A DNA stretch of 32,000 bases. Origin: an uncultured Opitutales bacterium (GTDB lineage Bacteria; Verrucomicrobiota; Verrucomicrobiia; Opitutales; Intestinicryptomonadaceae). The position numbers and the translations under genes were made by a program. Shown piece after piece: positions 25,024 through 32,000 of the stretch. Location of the stretch: positions 622 to 32,621 of the forward strand of contig CAKUIA010000012.1 of NCBI GenBank assembly GCA_934660865.1, written 5' to 3'. The notes beneath the pieces were generated by a model that was given only the letters and a program-made list of their open reading frames with translations, did no database searches and was not told where the DNA came from. Position 1 is the first letter of the stretch; each line of letters begins with the position of its first letter.

Positions 25024-26499
25024 TTAGTTAGTGTGTTTAATTGTAATCAAAGTCATATCGTCGGCGTAAGAATATGTTGCGCCGCAAAAACGCTGAACGT
25101 CCAACAGAATGTCGGTATTTATGTCGGCGGCGCTTTCGTTGGCTACGCTTGCAATCGACTTTTCCAGCCTTTCGGCGGTAAATTCGCCGCCGTTTTTGCT
25201 TAGCGATTCGGTTATGCCGTCGGTATACATAACAAGCACCGCCGATTTCTCGAACGCAATGGTTTTGTCTTCTATAACCGTATCGAATATTTCCGAATCG
25301 ACCATGCCTACCGCCATTCCCGAACTTTTAATTTTCATCGATTCGAAGTCGGTTGTGCTTTTGTCGAACAACAACGCCGGTTCGTGCCCCGCCCTTGCCA
25401 ATGTTATAACCGAATTTTTCGTGTCTATAACGGCGTATATCATTGTAATGAACATATCCTCGCGCATCAGGGGCATAATGTCGGCATTAAGGGCTTTTAA
25501 GGCCTCGGCCGGGCTTTCGTGGCGGGGGGCAATTTCGCGCAATTTTGTCTGGGTAATTGCCATTATCATTGCAGCCGACACCCCTTTGCCCGAAACGTCG
25601 GCAATTACAACGCCGAGCTTTTGGTTTTTAAGCTCTATAAAATCGTAGAAATCGCCGCCTATGCACTGTTGCGGAACATACCTTACGGCAAAGTCGTAGC
25701 CGTCTATTTCGGGCATTTGTTGCGGCAGCAAATACCGCTGAACGCCGCTTGCCAATTTTAAATCGAAATTAAGGCGGTTTTTCTCGACGAGAACGTCCAT
25801 GGTATTTGCGTTTGAAATGGCTATTGCCGCCTGGCTGGCTATGGCCTTTGCCAAAGAAAAGTCGTTTTGCGAAAATTTCTCGTCGCCCAAAGGATTTGCC
25901 AAAACCATAACCGCATTTGTTTTCGAGACAAAAAATATGGGCACATATATTATGCTGGTAATTTTTACGGGGCCAAAAGACGACGATACAACCCTGTTGT
26001 CTTTTGCGGCGTCTTTAATAAAAAGCCCCTCGGCGCTGTTGCCAACTTGGCCTACAAGCCCCTCGTTTGCCGACAAAACTTCGTCGGCAAAAACGGTGTT
26101 TATATATTGCGCCTTTGTGGAAAAGTCGTTTTTAAGGGGTCTTTGCGGGGGGAACAACCCTATGGTAACCGCGCTTTTCCAAGTGCCGTCGTCTTTGCGC
26201 TCGTAAATTCGGCCGCTTTGGGCTTTGGTTACGTCTACGGCAAGCTTTAGCGTGCGCCTGTAAATGTCGGGCACGCTTATCGAGCCCTCCAAGTCGGAGG
26301 CAAGCTTGCGCATGCTTGCAATGGTTACGGTTCTTTCGTTTTTAAGGTCGTCGTTTATCTTGTACAGACGCGACATTTTCTTTCTTGCAATGCAGAGCCA
26401 CGCGAGGGTAAAGACCCACGCAAACAGCATACCCAATGCAAAGAAAACGATATTCATATACAAAAGCAGTTTCGCAAAAAAAGCGGCGTTATTCAACAC
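25024..26499 (-). CDS. Membrane-anchored GAF-domain PP2C/SpoIIE-type serine phosphatase (RsbU-like)
   Basis: It has an N-terminal TM helix and a GAF-like middle region (EGLVGQVG...SIIYVPIF). The C-terminal PPM domain has GGDFYDF, IADVSGKGVSAAM and MYTDGITE. The start is either 26499, an 11-nt overlap with the STAS gene, or the alternative M at 26457. Confidence 0.8.
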   Translation of the reverse strand: MLNNAAFFAKLLLYMNIVFFALGMLFAWVFTLAWLCIARKKMSRLYKINDDLKNERTVTIASMRKLASDLEGSISVPDIYRRTLKLAVDVTKAQSGRIYERKDDGTWKSAVTIGLFPPQRPLKNDFSTKAQYINTVFADEVLSANEGLVGQVGNSAEGLFIKDAAKDNRVVSSSFGPVKITSIIYVPIFFVSKTNAVMVLANPLGDEKFSQNDFSLAKAIASQAAIAISNANTMDVLVEKNRLNFDLKLASGVQRYLLPQQMPEIDGYDFAVRYVPQQCIGGDFYDFIELKNQKLGVVIADVSGKGVSAAMIMAITQTKLREIAPRHESPAEALKALNADIMPLMREDMFITMIYAVIDTKNSVITLARAGHEPALLFDKSTTDFESMKIKSSGMAVGMVDSEIFDTVIEDKTIAFEKSAVLVMYTDGITESLSKNGGEFTAERLEKSIASVANESAADINTDILLDVQRFCGATYSYADDMTLITIKHTN

Positions 26500-26962
26500 G
26501 CTTTTTCAGAAAAGCGATTACATCTTCAAATTTCTTGAGGTTTTCGGGGTTGGCGCTTACAAGCGACTCGTGCGCCGAAAGCATTTCGGCCTGCGCCGAC
26601 GGCGAATTGGCAAGCGTGCTTTGGGCACCCCCCTCTTTTGGAGGGTTTCCTATTTCAAGAATTTTGTCGAGCCCCAGGTTTTGCACAACCTCCAAATTGC
26701 GGTCGGAAATATTGCTTAAAACAACTTTGCCGCCGCTTGGCCTAAGCCTTATTGCAAGCTTTGCAATTATGCCCAAAAAGGTGCTGTCTATGCCCGTGCA
26801 CCCCGCAAAATCTATGTTTACAAGAGCCTTTTTGTCCCTCACAACGGCGTCGAAAAATTCCGAAACGCCCATGCAGTTGAGATAGCATGCGCGGCCGACA
26901 ATCGCCAAAGCGGCGCCGTTGCCCTCCTCGCAAACCATAAACTTTGTATCCTCAACCGACAT
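26489..26962 (-). CDS. STAS-domain protein (anti-sigma-factor-antagonist-like) with a C-terminal extension of about 50 aa
   Basis: The STAS core has the candidate phospho-acceptor DFAGCTGIDS60TFLG, with the Ser codon at 26783-26785. It is 157 aa, versus the roughly 110 aa I recall for classical SpoIIAA/RsbV. It starts 3 nt after the acnA stop. Confidence 0.7.
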   Translation of the reverse strand: MSVEDTKFMVCEEGNGAALAIVGRACYLNCMGVSEFFDAVVRDKKALVNIDFAGCTGIDSTFLGIIAKLAIRLRPSGGKVVLSNISDRNLEVVQNLGLDKILEIGNPPKEGGAQSTLANSPSAQAEMLSAHESLVSANPENLKKFEDVIAFLKKRVE

Positions 26963-26965
26963 TTG

Positions 26966-29605
26966 CTATTTCAAAATTTTCTTTAATACGCACTGTAAAA
27001 TGCCGCCGCAGTTATAGTAGTCTATTTCAACGGGGGTATCTATTCTAAGCAGCAAGTCGGCATAGTCTACGGCGCCGTTTTCGCGCTCTATTTTTAGCGT
27101 GGCTTTTGCCGCAACCTTTACGCCGCTTTCCAAACCCTGTATTGTAAACTTTTCGGAACCGTTAAGGTTTAAAGTGTCCGCATCGCAGCCCTCGGCAAAT
27201 TCGAAAGGCAAAATGCCCATGCCCACAAGGTTGCTGCGGTGTATTCTTTCGTACGATTTTGCGATAACGGCCCTTACGCCCAAAAGGCTTGTGCCCTTTG
27301 CCGCCCAGTCGCGCGAGCTGCCCATGCCGTAGTCTTTGCCCGCAAACACAAGCAGGCCCTCGTTGTTTTGGGCATACTTTTGCGCCGCGTCGAAAATAAG
27401 AATGTCGTCGCCCTTGCCGTACATTTTGGTGTAGCCGCCCTCTTTGGGGGCAACAATCTTGTTCTTTATCCTTATGTTTGCAAAGGTGCCGCGGCACATA
27501 ACGCGGTCGTTGCCCCTTCTGGAGCCGTAGGTGTTAAAGTCTTTTTGCGACAAACCCTTTTCGGTAAGGTAGCGTGCCGCGGCGCTGTCGGGCGAAATTG
27601 CGCCCGCCGGCGAAATGTGGTCGGTCGTTACGCTGTCGCCGAAAATCGCCAACGCCCTAAGGTCTTTAAGAGACTTTTTAGAATCGTCTTTTCCCTCGAA
27701 AAACGGAGGCTCTTGAATGTAGGTGCTGTCTTTGTTCCAGTTGAACACATTGCCCTTTGTGCTTTGCACTTGCTGCCACAACTCGGGGCCTTTTAGGCTG
27801 GAATATTCCTTTTTAAAGAATTCGCTCTTTACGCATTTTGCAACGCATTCTTCGACCTCGGCCGAAGTCGGCAAAATGTCCTTTAAGAACACCTCTTTGC
27901 CGTCGGGCGAAACGCCCACGGGCTCTTTGTCGAAATCTATGTTTATTCTGCCTGCAAGGGCAAAGGCCACTACATATTGCGGCGTCATCAAATAATTTGC
28001 CTTTAACAGCGCGTGAACGCGGGCTTCAAAATTCCTGTTGCCCGAAAGCACGCTTGCGCAAACCAAATTGTTGTCTTTTACGGCCCCGGTAATTTCGGCG
28101 TCTATAGGGCCGGAATTGCCTATGCAAGTGGCACAGCCGTAGCCCGCCAAATTAAAGCCAAGCTCGTCCAAATAAGTCTGCAAGCCCGCCTCTTTTAAAT
28201 AGTCGCTTACAACCCTAGACCCGGGGGCCAAAGTCGTCTTTACATATTCGGGGGTTTTAAGCCCGAAAGCCCTTGCCTTTTTCGCCAACAAACCTGCGGC
28301 AACCAAAACCGACGGGTTCGACGTGTTTGTGCAGCTTGTTATTGCGGCAATCAAAACGCTGCCGTCCGAAATTTCGCCCTTCGAAGTTTTGGCTTTTTTA
28401 TACTCCAAATTCGGGAAGCTTGCATTGAAGGCCTCTTTTGCCATGTTAAGCTCTATTTTGTCTTGCGGGCGCTTCGGGCCTGCTATTGCGGGCTTAATGT
28501 CGGCCAAATTTACATGCAAAACCTTTGTATAGTCGCAATCGCCCTCGCGCGGTATCGAGAACATTCCCTGCCTTGTGTAATACTCTTTTATAAGGGAAAC
28601 CAGCTCGTCGCTTCTGCCCGAAAGCTTCATATATTCCAAAGTTTTGTCGTCTACGGGGAAGTATCCCATAGTTGCTCCGTATTCGGGCGCCATATTCGCA
28701 ACGGTTGCCCTGTCGGCAAGCGACAGTGTGCTGGCTCCCTCGCCGAAGTATTCCACAAACTTGCCCACAACCTTTTCGTCTCTTAAAAGCTTTGTCATGT
28801 GCAAGGCCAAGTCGGTTGCGGTTACCCCGTTCGAAAGCTTGCCCGACATACATACGCCCACAACTTCGGGCACTTTAAAGTATATGGGCTGGCCCAGCAT
28901 GCCCGCTTCGGCCTCTATGCCGCCAACGCCCCAGCCTACAACACCAAGGCCGTTTATCATTGTAGTGTGCGAGTCGGTACCGACCAAAGTATCGGGATAT
29001 AGCACGTTTTTGCCGTTTTCGGATTTTTCGAAAACAAGCTTCGCCAAATATTCAAGGTTTACCTGGTGTATTATGCCCGTAGACGGCGGCACAACCGAAA
29101 ATGTTTTAAACGCCTGCTGGCCCCACTTTAAAAATTCGTACCTTTCCTTGCCGCGCTTAAACTCCATTTCAAGATTCTTGGCATACGCGTCTTTTGTGCC
29201 GAAATAGTCCATCTGCACCGAGTGGTCTATAACCAGGTCTACGGGAACAAGCGGCTCTACCAAGTCGGGGTTTTTGCCCTGCCTTTGCGCATACGAGCGC
29301 ATTGCGGCCAAGTCTACCAAAAGGGGAACGCCGGTTAAATCCTGCAAAACTATGCGCGAAACAACAAAGGGGATTTCGAAAGCCCCGGGGTTTTCGGCGT
29401 TCCAATTCGCCAAATTTTCGACGTCTTTTTCGCCGGCCAAACCGTTAAACGAGGCTCTCAGCACGCTTTCTAGCACAATCTTTATGGAAATGGGCAGCCT
29501 TTTTACGTTGGGATACTTTTCGGCCAACTTTTCGAGGCTGTAAAAATACAAATCTTTGCCCGACTTTTCGGGAAACTTAACTGCGCAATCTTTAATATCC
29601 GTCAT
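26966..29605 (-). CDS. acnA: Aconitate hydratase A
   Basis: This is ORF 26966..29680 trimmed to [11 protein letters not shown] at 29605. Aconitase motifs are present: [25 protein letters not shown] and CATCIGNSG, plus a C-terminal swivel domain. Confidence 0.9.
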   Translation of the reverse strand: MTDIKDCAVKFPEKSGKDLYFYSLEKLAEKYPNVKRLPISIKIVLESVLRASFNGLAGEKDVENLANWNAENPGAFEIPFVVSRIVLQDLTGVPLLVDLAAMRSYAQRQGKNPDLVEPLVPVDLVIDHSVQMDYFGTKDAYAKNLEMEFKRGKERYEFLKWGQQAFKTFSVVPPSTGIIHQVNLEYLAKLVFEKSENGKNVLYPDTLVGTDSHTTMINGLGVVGWGVGGIEAEAGMLGQPIYFKVPEVVGVCMSGKLSNGVTATDLALHMTKLLRDEKVVGKFVEYFGEGASTLSLADRATVANMAPEYGATMGYFPVDDKTLEYMKLSGRSDELVSLIKEYYTRQGMFSIPREGDCDYTKVLHVNLADIKPAIAGPKRPQDKIELNMAKEAFNASFPNLEYKKAKTSKGEISDGSVLIAAITSCTNTSNPSVLVAAGLLAKKARAFGLKTPEYVKTTLAPGSRVVSDYLKEAGLQTYLDELGFNLAGYGCATCIGNSGPIDAEITGAVKDNNLVCASVLSGNRNFEARVHALLKANYLMTPQYVVAFALAGRINIDFDKEPVGVSPDGKEVFLKDILPTSAEVEECVAKCVKSEFFKKEYSSLKGPELWQQVQSTKGNVFNWNKDSTYIQEPPFFEGKDDSKKSLKDLRALAIFGDSVTTDHISPAGAISPDSAAARYLTEKGLSQKDFNTYGSRRGNDRVMCRGTFANIRIKNKIVAPKEGGYTKMYGKGDDILIFDAAQKYAQNNEGLLVFAGKDYGMGSSRDWAAKGTSLLGVRAVIAKSYERIHRSNLVGMGILPFEFAEGCDADTLNLNGSEKFTIQGLESGVKVAAKATLKIERENGAVDYADLLLRIDTPVEIDYYNCGGILQCVLKKILK

Positions 29606-29845
29606 AATCCGTCTCTTCGTTAAACAAATGTTCGTGTTCAAAAGAGGCCGCATTCCCAAAAATAACGGGAACTGCAACACCCCTAAAAAGAGAGAACACC
29701 CTACTTTAATTTATCGTAAAAATCAAAGAAAAAATGGCCTTTTACAACATAAATTCAGGCAAAGCCAAAAAAGTCTTTAAAAAACGCAGCCGAGCTACAA
29801 AATTGTATTAAAGCGCAAAAATTTTGCACGGCATATAAAAAAATG

Positions 29846-29873
29846 TTGAAAACGGGCAAAATTCGACAATAAT
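29846..29873 (+). promoter_or_regulatory. Candidate sigma70-like promoter for yebC-leuC
   Basis: TTGAAA (29846-29851) is followed by a 16-nt spacer and AATAAT (29868-29873), about 40 nt upstream of the yebC ATG. An AAGGA ribosome-binding site sits near 29900. This is pattern matching only. Confidence 0.25.
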
Positions 29874-29912
29874 TCAACTTTCTTTTTAAAAACAATGTAA
29901 AGGATAATTAAT

Positions 29913-30653
29913 ATGTCTGGACACAGTAAATGGGCAACAACTAAACGCCACAAGGCCGCAATAGACTCTAAAAGAGGCAAAATATTCAGCGCATTGAGCA
30001 AGGATATCACCCTCGCTGCAAGAGCCGGAGGCGGCGACCAAAACTTTAATCCCCGTCTTCGCACTTTGGTGCTAAAGGCGAAAGCTGCCAATATGCCTGC
30101 CGACAACATCGACAGAGCTATTAAAAAGGGTACGGGCGAAATCCCCGGCGTTGTTTACGAACAGTTGTTGTACGAAGGCTATGCTCCCGGCGGAGTAGGC
30201 ATTATTGTGGAAGTTACAACCGAAAACAAAAACCGCGCCGTTGCCGACGTAAGGGCGGCATTTACAAAGAACGGCGGCAGCCTTGCAACACAGGGCGCAT
30301 TGCAGTTTAACTTCAACAGACAGGGTCAATTTATAATCAACGCCGAAGACACCACCGAAGAAAAGCTTATGGACGTGGCTTTGGAGGCGGGCGCCGAAGA
30401 CGTTAAAAACAACGGCGACGAATTTGAAGTTCTTTGCCCGGTTTCCGAATACGACAAGTTGGCAAAGGCTTTGGAAGACGCAGGCATTAAATGCGCCGAC
30501 TCGAACCTGTCGTGGATACCGACAACTTTGGTTCCGATAACCGACGCGGAAACCGCAAAGAAAGCCGTAAGGGTTGTAGAAGCTTTGGAGGACTTAGACG
30601 ACGTTCAGAACGTTTACCCCAACTACGACTTAGACGACTCTTTGCTCGACTAA
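29913..30653 (+). CDS. yebC: YebC/PmpR-family transcriptional regulator / translation-associated protein
   Basis: It has the canonical N-terminus [26 protein letters not shown] and a length of 246 aa. Confidence 0.9.
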   Translation: MSGHSKWATTKRHKAAIDSKRGKIFSALSKDITLAARAGGGDQNFNPRLRTLVLKAKAANMPADNIDRAIKKGTGEIPGVVYEQLLYEGYAPGGVGIIVEVTTENKNRAVADVRAAFTKNGGSLATQGALQFNFNRQGQFIINAEDTTEEKLMDVALEAGAEDVKNNGDEFEVLCPVSEYDKLAKALEDAGIKCADSNLSWIPTTLVPITDAETAKKAVRVVEALEDLDDVQNVYPNYDLDDSLLD

Positions 30654-30660
30654 TTGCTTT

Positions 30661-32000
30661 ATGGGTAAAACTCTATTCGAAAAGGTTTGGGAAAAACACA
30701 CCGTCAGGCAGCTGCCCGACGGTTCCACCCAGCTGTTTATAGGCACGCACCTAATGCACGAGGTTACAAGCCCGCAGGCATTCGGCATGCTTAGAACCTT
30801 GAAACTTAAAGTGCGCTACCCGAACCGCTCTTTTGCCACGGTAGACCACATTATTCCCACAACCGACACAAGCGAACCGTATGCCGACAAGTTGGCATAC
30901 GAAATGCTCGAGCATATCCGCAAAAATTGCGCCGACAACAACATAAAGTTTTTCGACGTAAACACGGGCTGCCAGGGCGTAATACACATTGTTATGCCCG
31001 AACAGGGCATTATACAGCCCGGAATGACCGTTGCCTGCGGCGACAGCCACACGGCAACCCACGGCGCGTTCGGCGCGGTTGCTTTCGGCATAGGCACAAC
31101 GCAGGTTCGCAACGTGTTGGCAACCCAAACGCTTTCCTTTAAAAAGCTAAAGGTAAGAAAGGTTGAAGTAAACGGCACGCTTAAAGACGGAGTTTACCCC
31201 AAAGATGTAGCACTTCACATAATACGCAAGCTTGGCGTAAACGGCGGCATAGGTTATGCCTACGAATTTGCCGGCGACGTGTTCGACAATATGTCGATGG
31301 AAGGCAGAATGACGGTTTGCAATATGGCCATAGAAGGCGGAGCAAGGGTCGGCTATGTAAACCCCGACCAAAAAACCTTCGACTATCTTAAAGGCCGCCC
31401 CTACGCACCAAAAGGCGCAGATTTCGACAAGGCCGTCGAATATTGGAAAACCGTTGCCTCCGACAAAGACGCCGTTTACGACGACGTTGTAAAGTTCGAT
31501 GCAGCCGACATTTTGCCGACGGTAACCTGGGGCGTAAATCCCTCGCAGGCGGTGTTTATAAACGAAAACATACCCGACTGCGACTCCATTGCAGACCCCC
31601 AGCAGCGCAAAGACGCAAAAGACGCTTTGGCTTATATGAAGCTAAAATCGGGCACTCCCGTTAAGGGCATTCCCATAAACGTGGCATTTATAGGCTCGTG
31701 CACAAACGGCAGGTTGTCGGACTTGCAGGAAGCCGCAAAATACCTTAAGGGCAAAAAAGTTGCCAAAGGCGTAAGGGCCATAGCGGTTCCGGGGTCTCAA
31801 ATTGTAAAGAAGCTTGCCGAAGCCGAGGGGCTGGACAAGATATTTACCGAGGCCGGCTTTGAATGGCGCAACGCTGGTTGCTCGATGTGCTTGGCAATGA
31901 ACGCCGACAAATTGCGCGGCGACGAGCTTTGCGCTTCCAGCTCGAACCGCAACTTTAAGGGACGCCAGGGTAGCCCGACGGGCAGAACGGTTCTTATGTC
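30661..32000 (+). CDS. leuC: 3-isopropylmalate dehydratase large subunit, 5' partial that continues beyond the window end
   Basis: It is absent from the ORF track because there is no stop in the window. My manual translation from the ATG at 30661 gives [15 protein letters not shown]...[12 protein letters not shown]...GDSHT...GSCTNGR...CSMCLAMN...[11 protein letters not shown], which are classic LeuC motifs. The frame stays open to 32000. Confidence 0.9.
   Translation, partial: MGKTLFEKVWEKHTVRQLPDGSTQLFIGTHLMHEVTSPQAFGMLRTLKLKVRYPNRSFATVDHIIPTTDTSEPYADKLAYEMLEHIRKNCADNNIKFFDVNTGCQGVIHIVMPEQGIIQPGMTVACGDSHTATHGAFGAVAFGIGTTQVRNVLATQTLSFKKLKVRKVEVNGTLKDGVYPKDVALHIIRKLGVNGGIGYAYEFAGDVFDNMSMEGRMTVCNMAIEGGARVGYVNPDQKTFDYLKGRPYAPKGADFDKAVEYWKTVASDKDAVYDDVVKFDAADILPTVTWGVNPSQAVFINENIPDCDSIADPQQRKDAKDALAYMKLKSGTPVKGIPINVAFIGSCTNGRLSDLQEAAKYLKGKKVAKGVRAIAVPGSQIVKKLAEAEGLDKIFTEAGFEWRNAGCSMCLAMNADKLRGDELCASSSNRNFKGRQGSPTGRTVLM

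Noticed and set aside
1-32000. The possibility that the window is a defence or mobile island (integrase, transposase, toxin-antitoxin, restriction, Cas, retron-like reverse transcriptase, flanking tRNA or direct repeats).
   Set aside because: No ORF shows nuclease, integrase, RT or ATPase-defence motifs that I can recognise. There is no tRNA and no flanking repeat. Nearly all coding capacity is explained by housekeeping or envelope genes.
26966-32000. acnA and leuC, both aconitase-superfamily genes lying within 1.1 kb of each other, considered as a possible duplicated or novel dehydratase system.
   Set aside because: Each carries the motifs of its own well-defined family (an AcnA with swivel domain at 879 aa versus the LeuC large subunit). 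They are divergently oriented around yebC, and the adjacency looks coincidental.

Overview
This is a gene-dense chromosomal window from a diderm bacterium whose phylum I cannot determine. I saw no rRNA, tRNA, CRISPR array, transposase, integrase or recognisable defence gene, so it reads as core genome rather than an accessory island. I call about 29 CDS, arranged in long co-directional blocks with very short gaps or overlaps. (1) potA-potB-potC' is a polyamine-type ABC importer on the minus strand, 1-2118. (2) An ATP-grasp ligase (2270-3214, -) is divergent from an exosortase/archaeosortase-family protein, a GlcD-like FAD oxidase, arnC and a stand-alone ArnA-type formyltransferase (3307-7465, +). 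(3) mreB-mreC-mreD-mrdA is followed by an unknown secreted protein instead of rodA (7521-12419, -). (4) dsbD, lysA, a YbgC-type thioesterase, a TIGR03663-like GT-C membrane glycosyltransferase, a 1146-aa AsmA-like protein, panB and a SET-domain methyltransferase follow (12516-22153, +). (5) acnA, a STAS protein, a membrane GAF-PP2C phosphatase, ybaB, recR, uppP and an amidohydrolase follow (22172-29605, -). (6) yebC-leuC' closes the window (29913-32000, +). I found no clear-cut novel system. The best leads are an orphan exosortase in an unusual ATP-grasp/Arn-type context, a GT-C glycosyltransferase translationally coupled to a giant AsmA-like protein, a rodA-less elongasome operon ending in an unknown secreted protein, a bacterial SET/post-SET protein with a basic tail, and a kinase-less STAS/PP2C pair between acnA and ybaB-recR. 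All functional calls come from my reading of the supplied translations against remembered family motifs. No database search was run.
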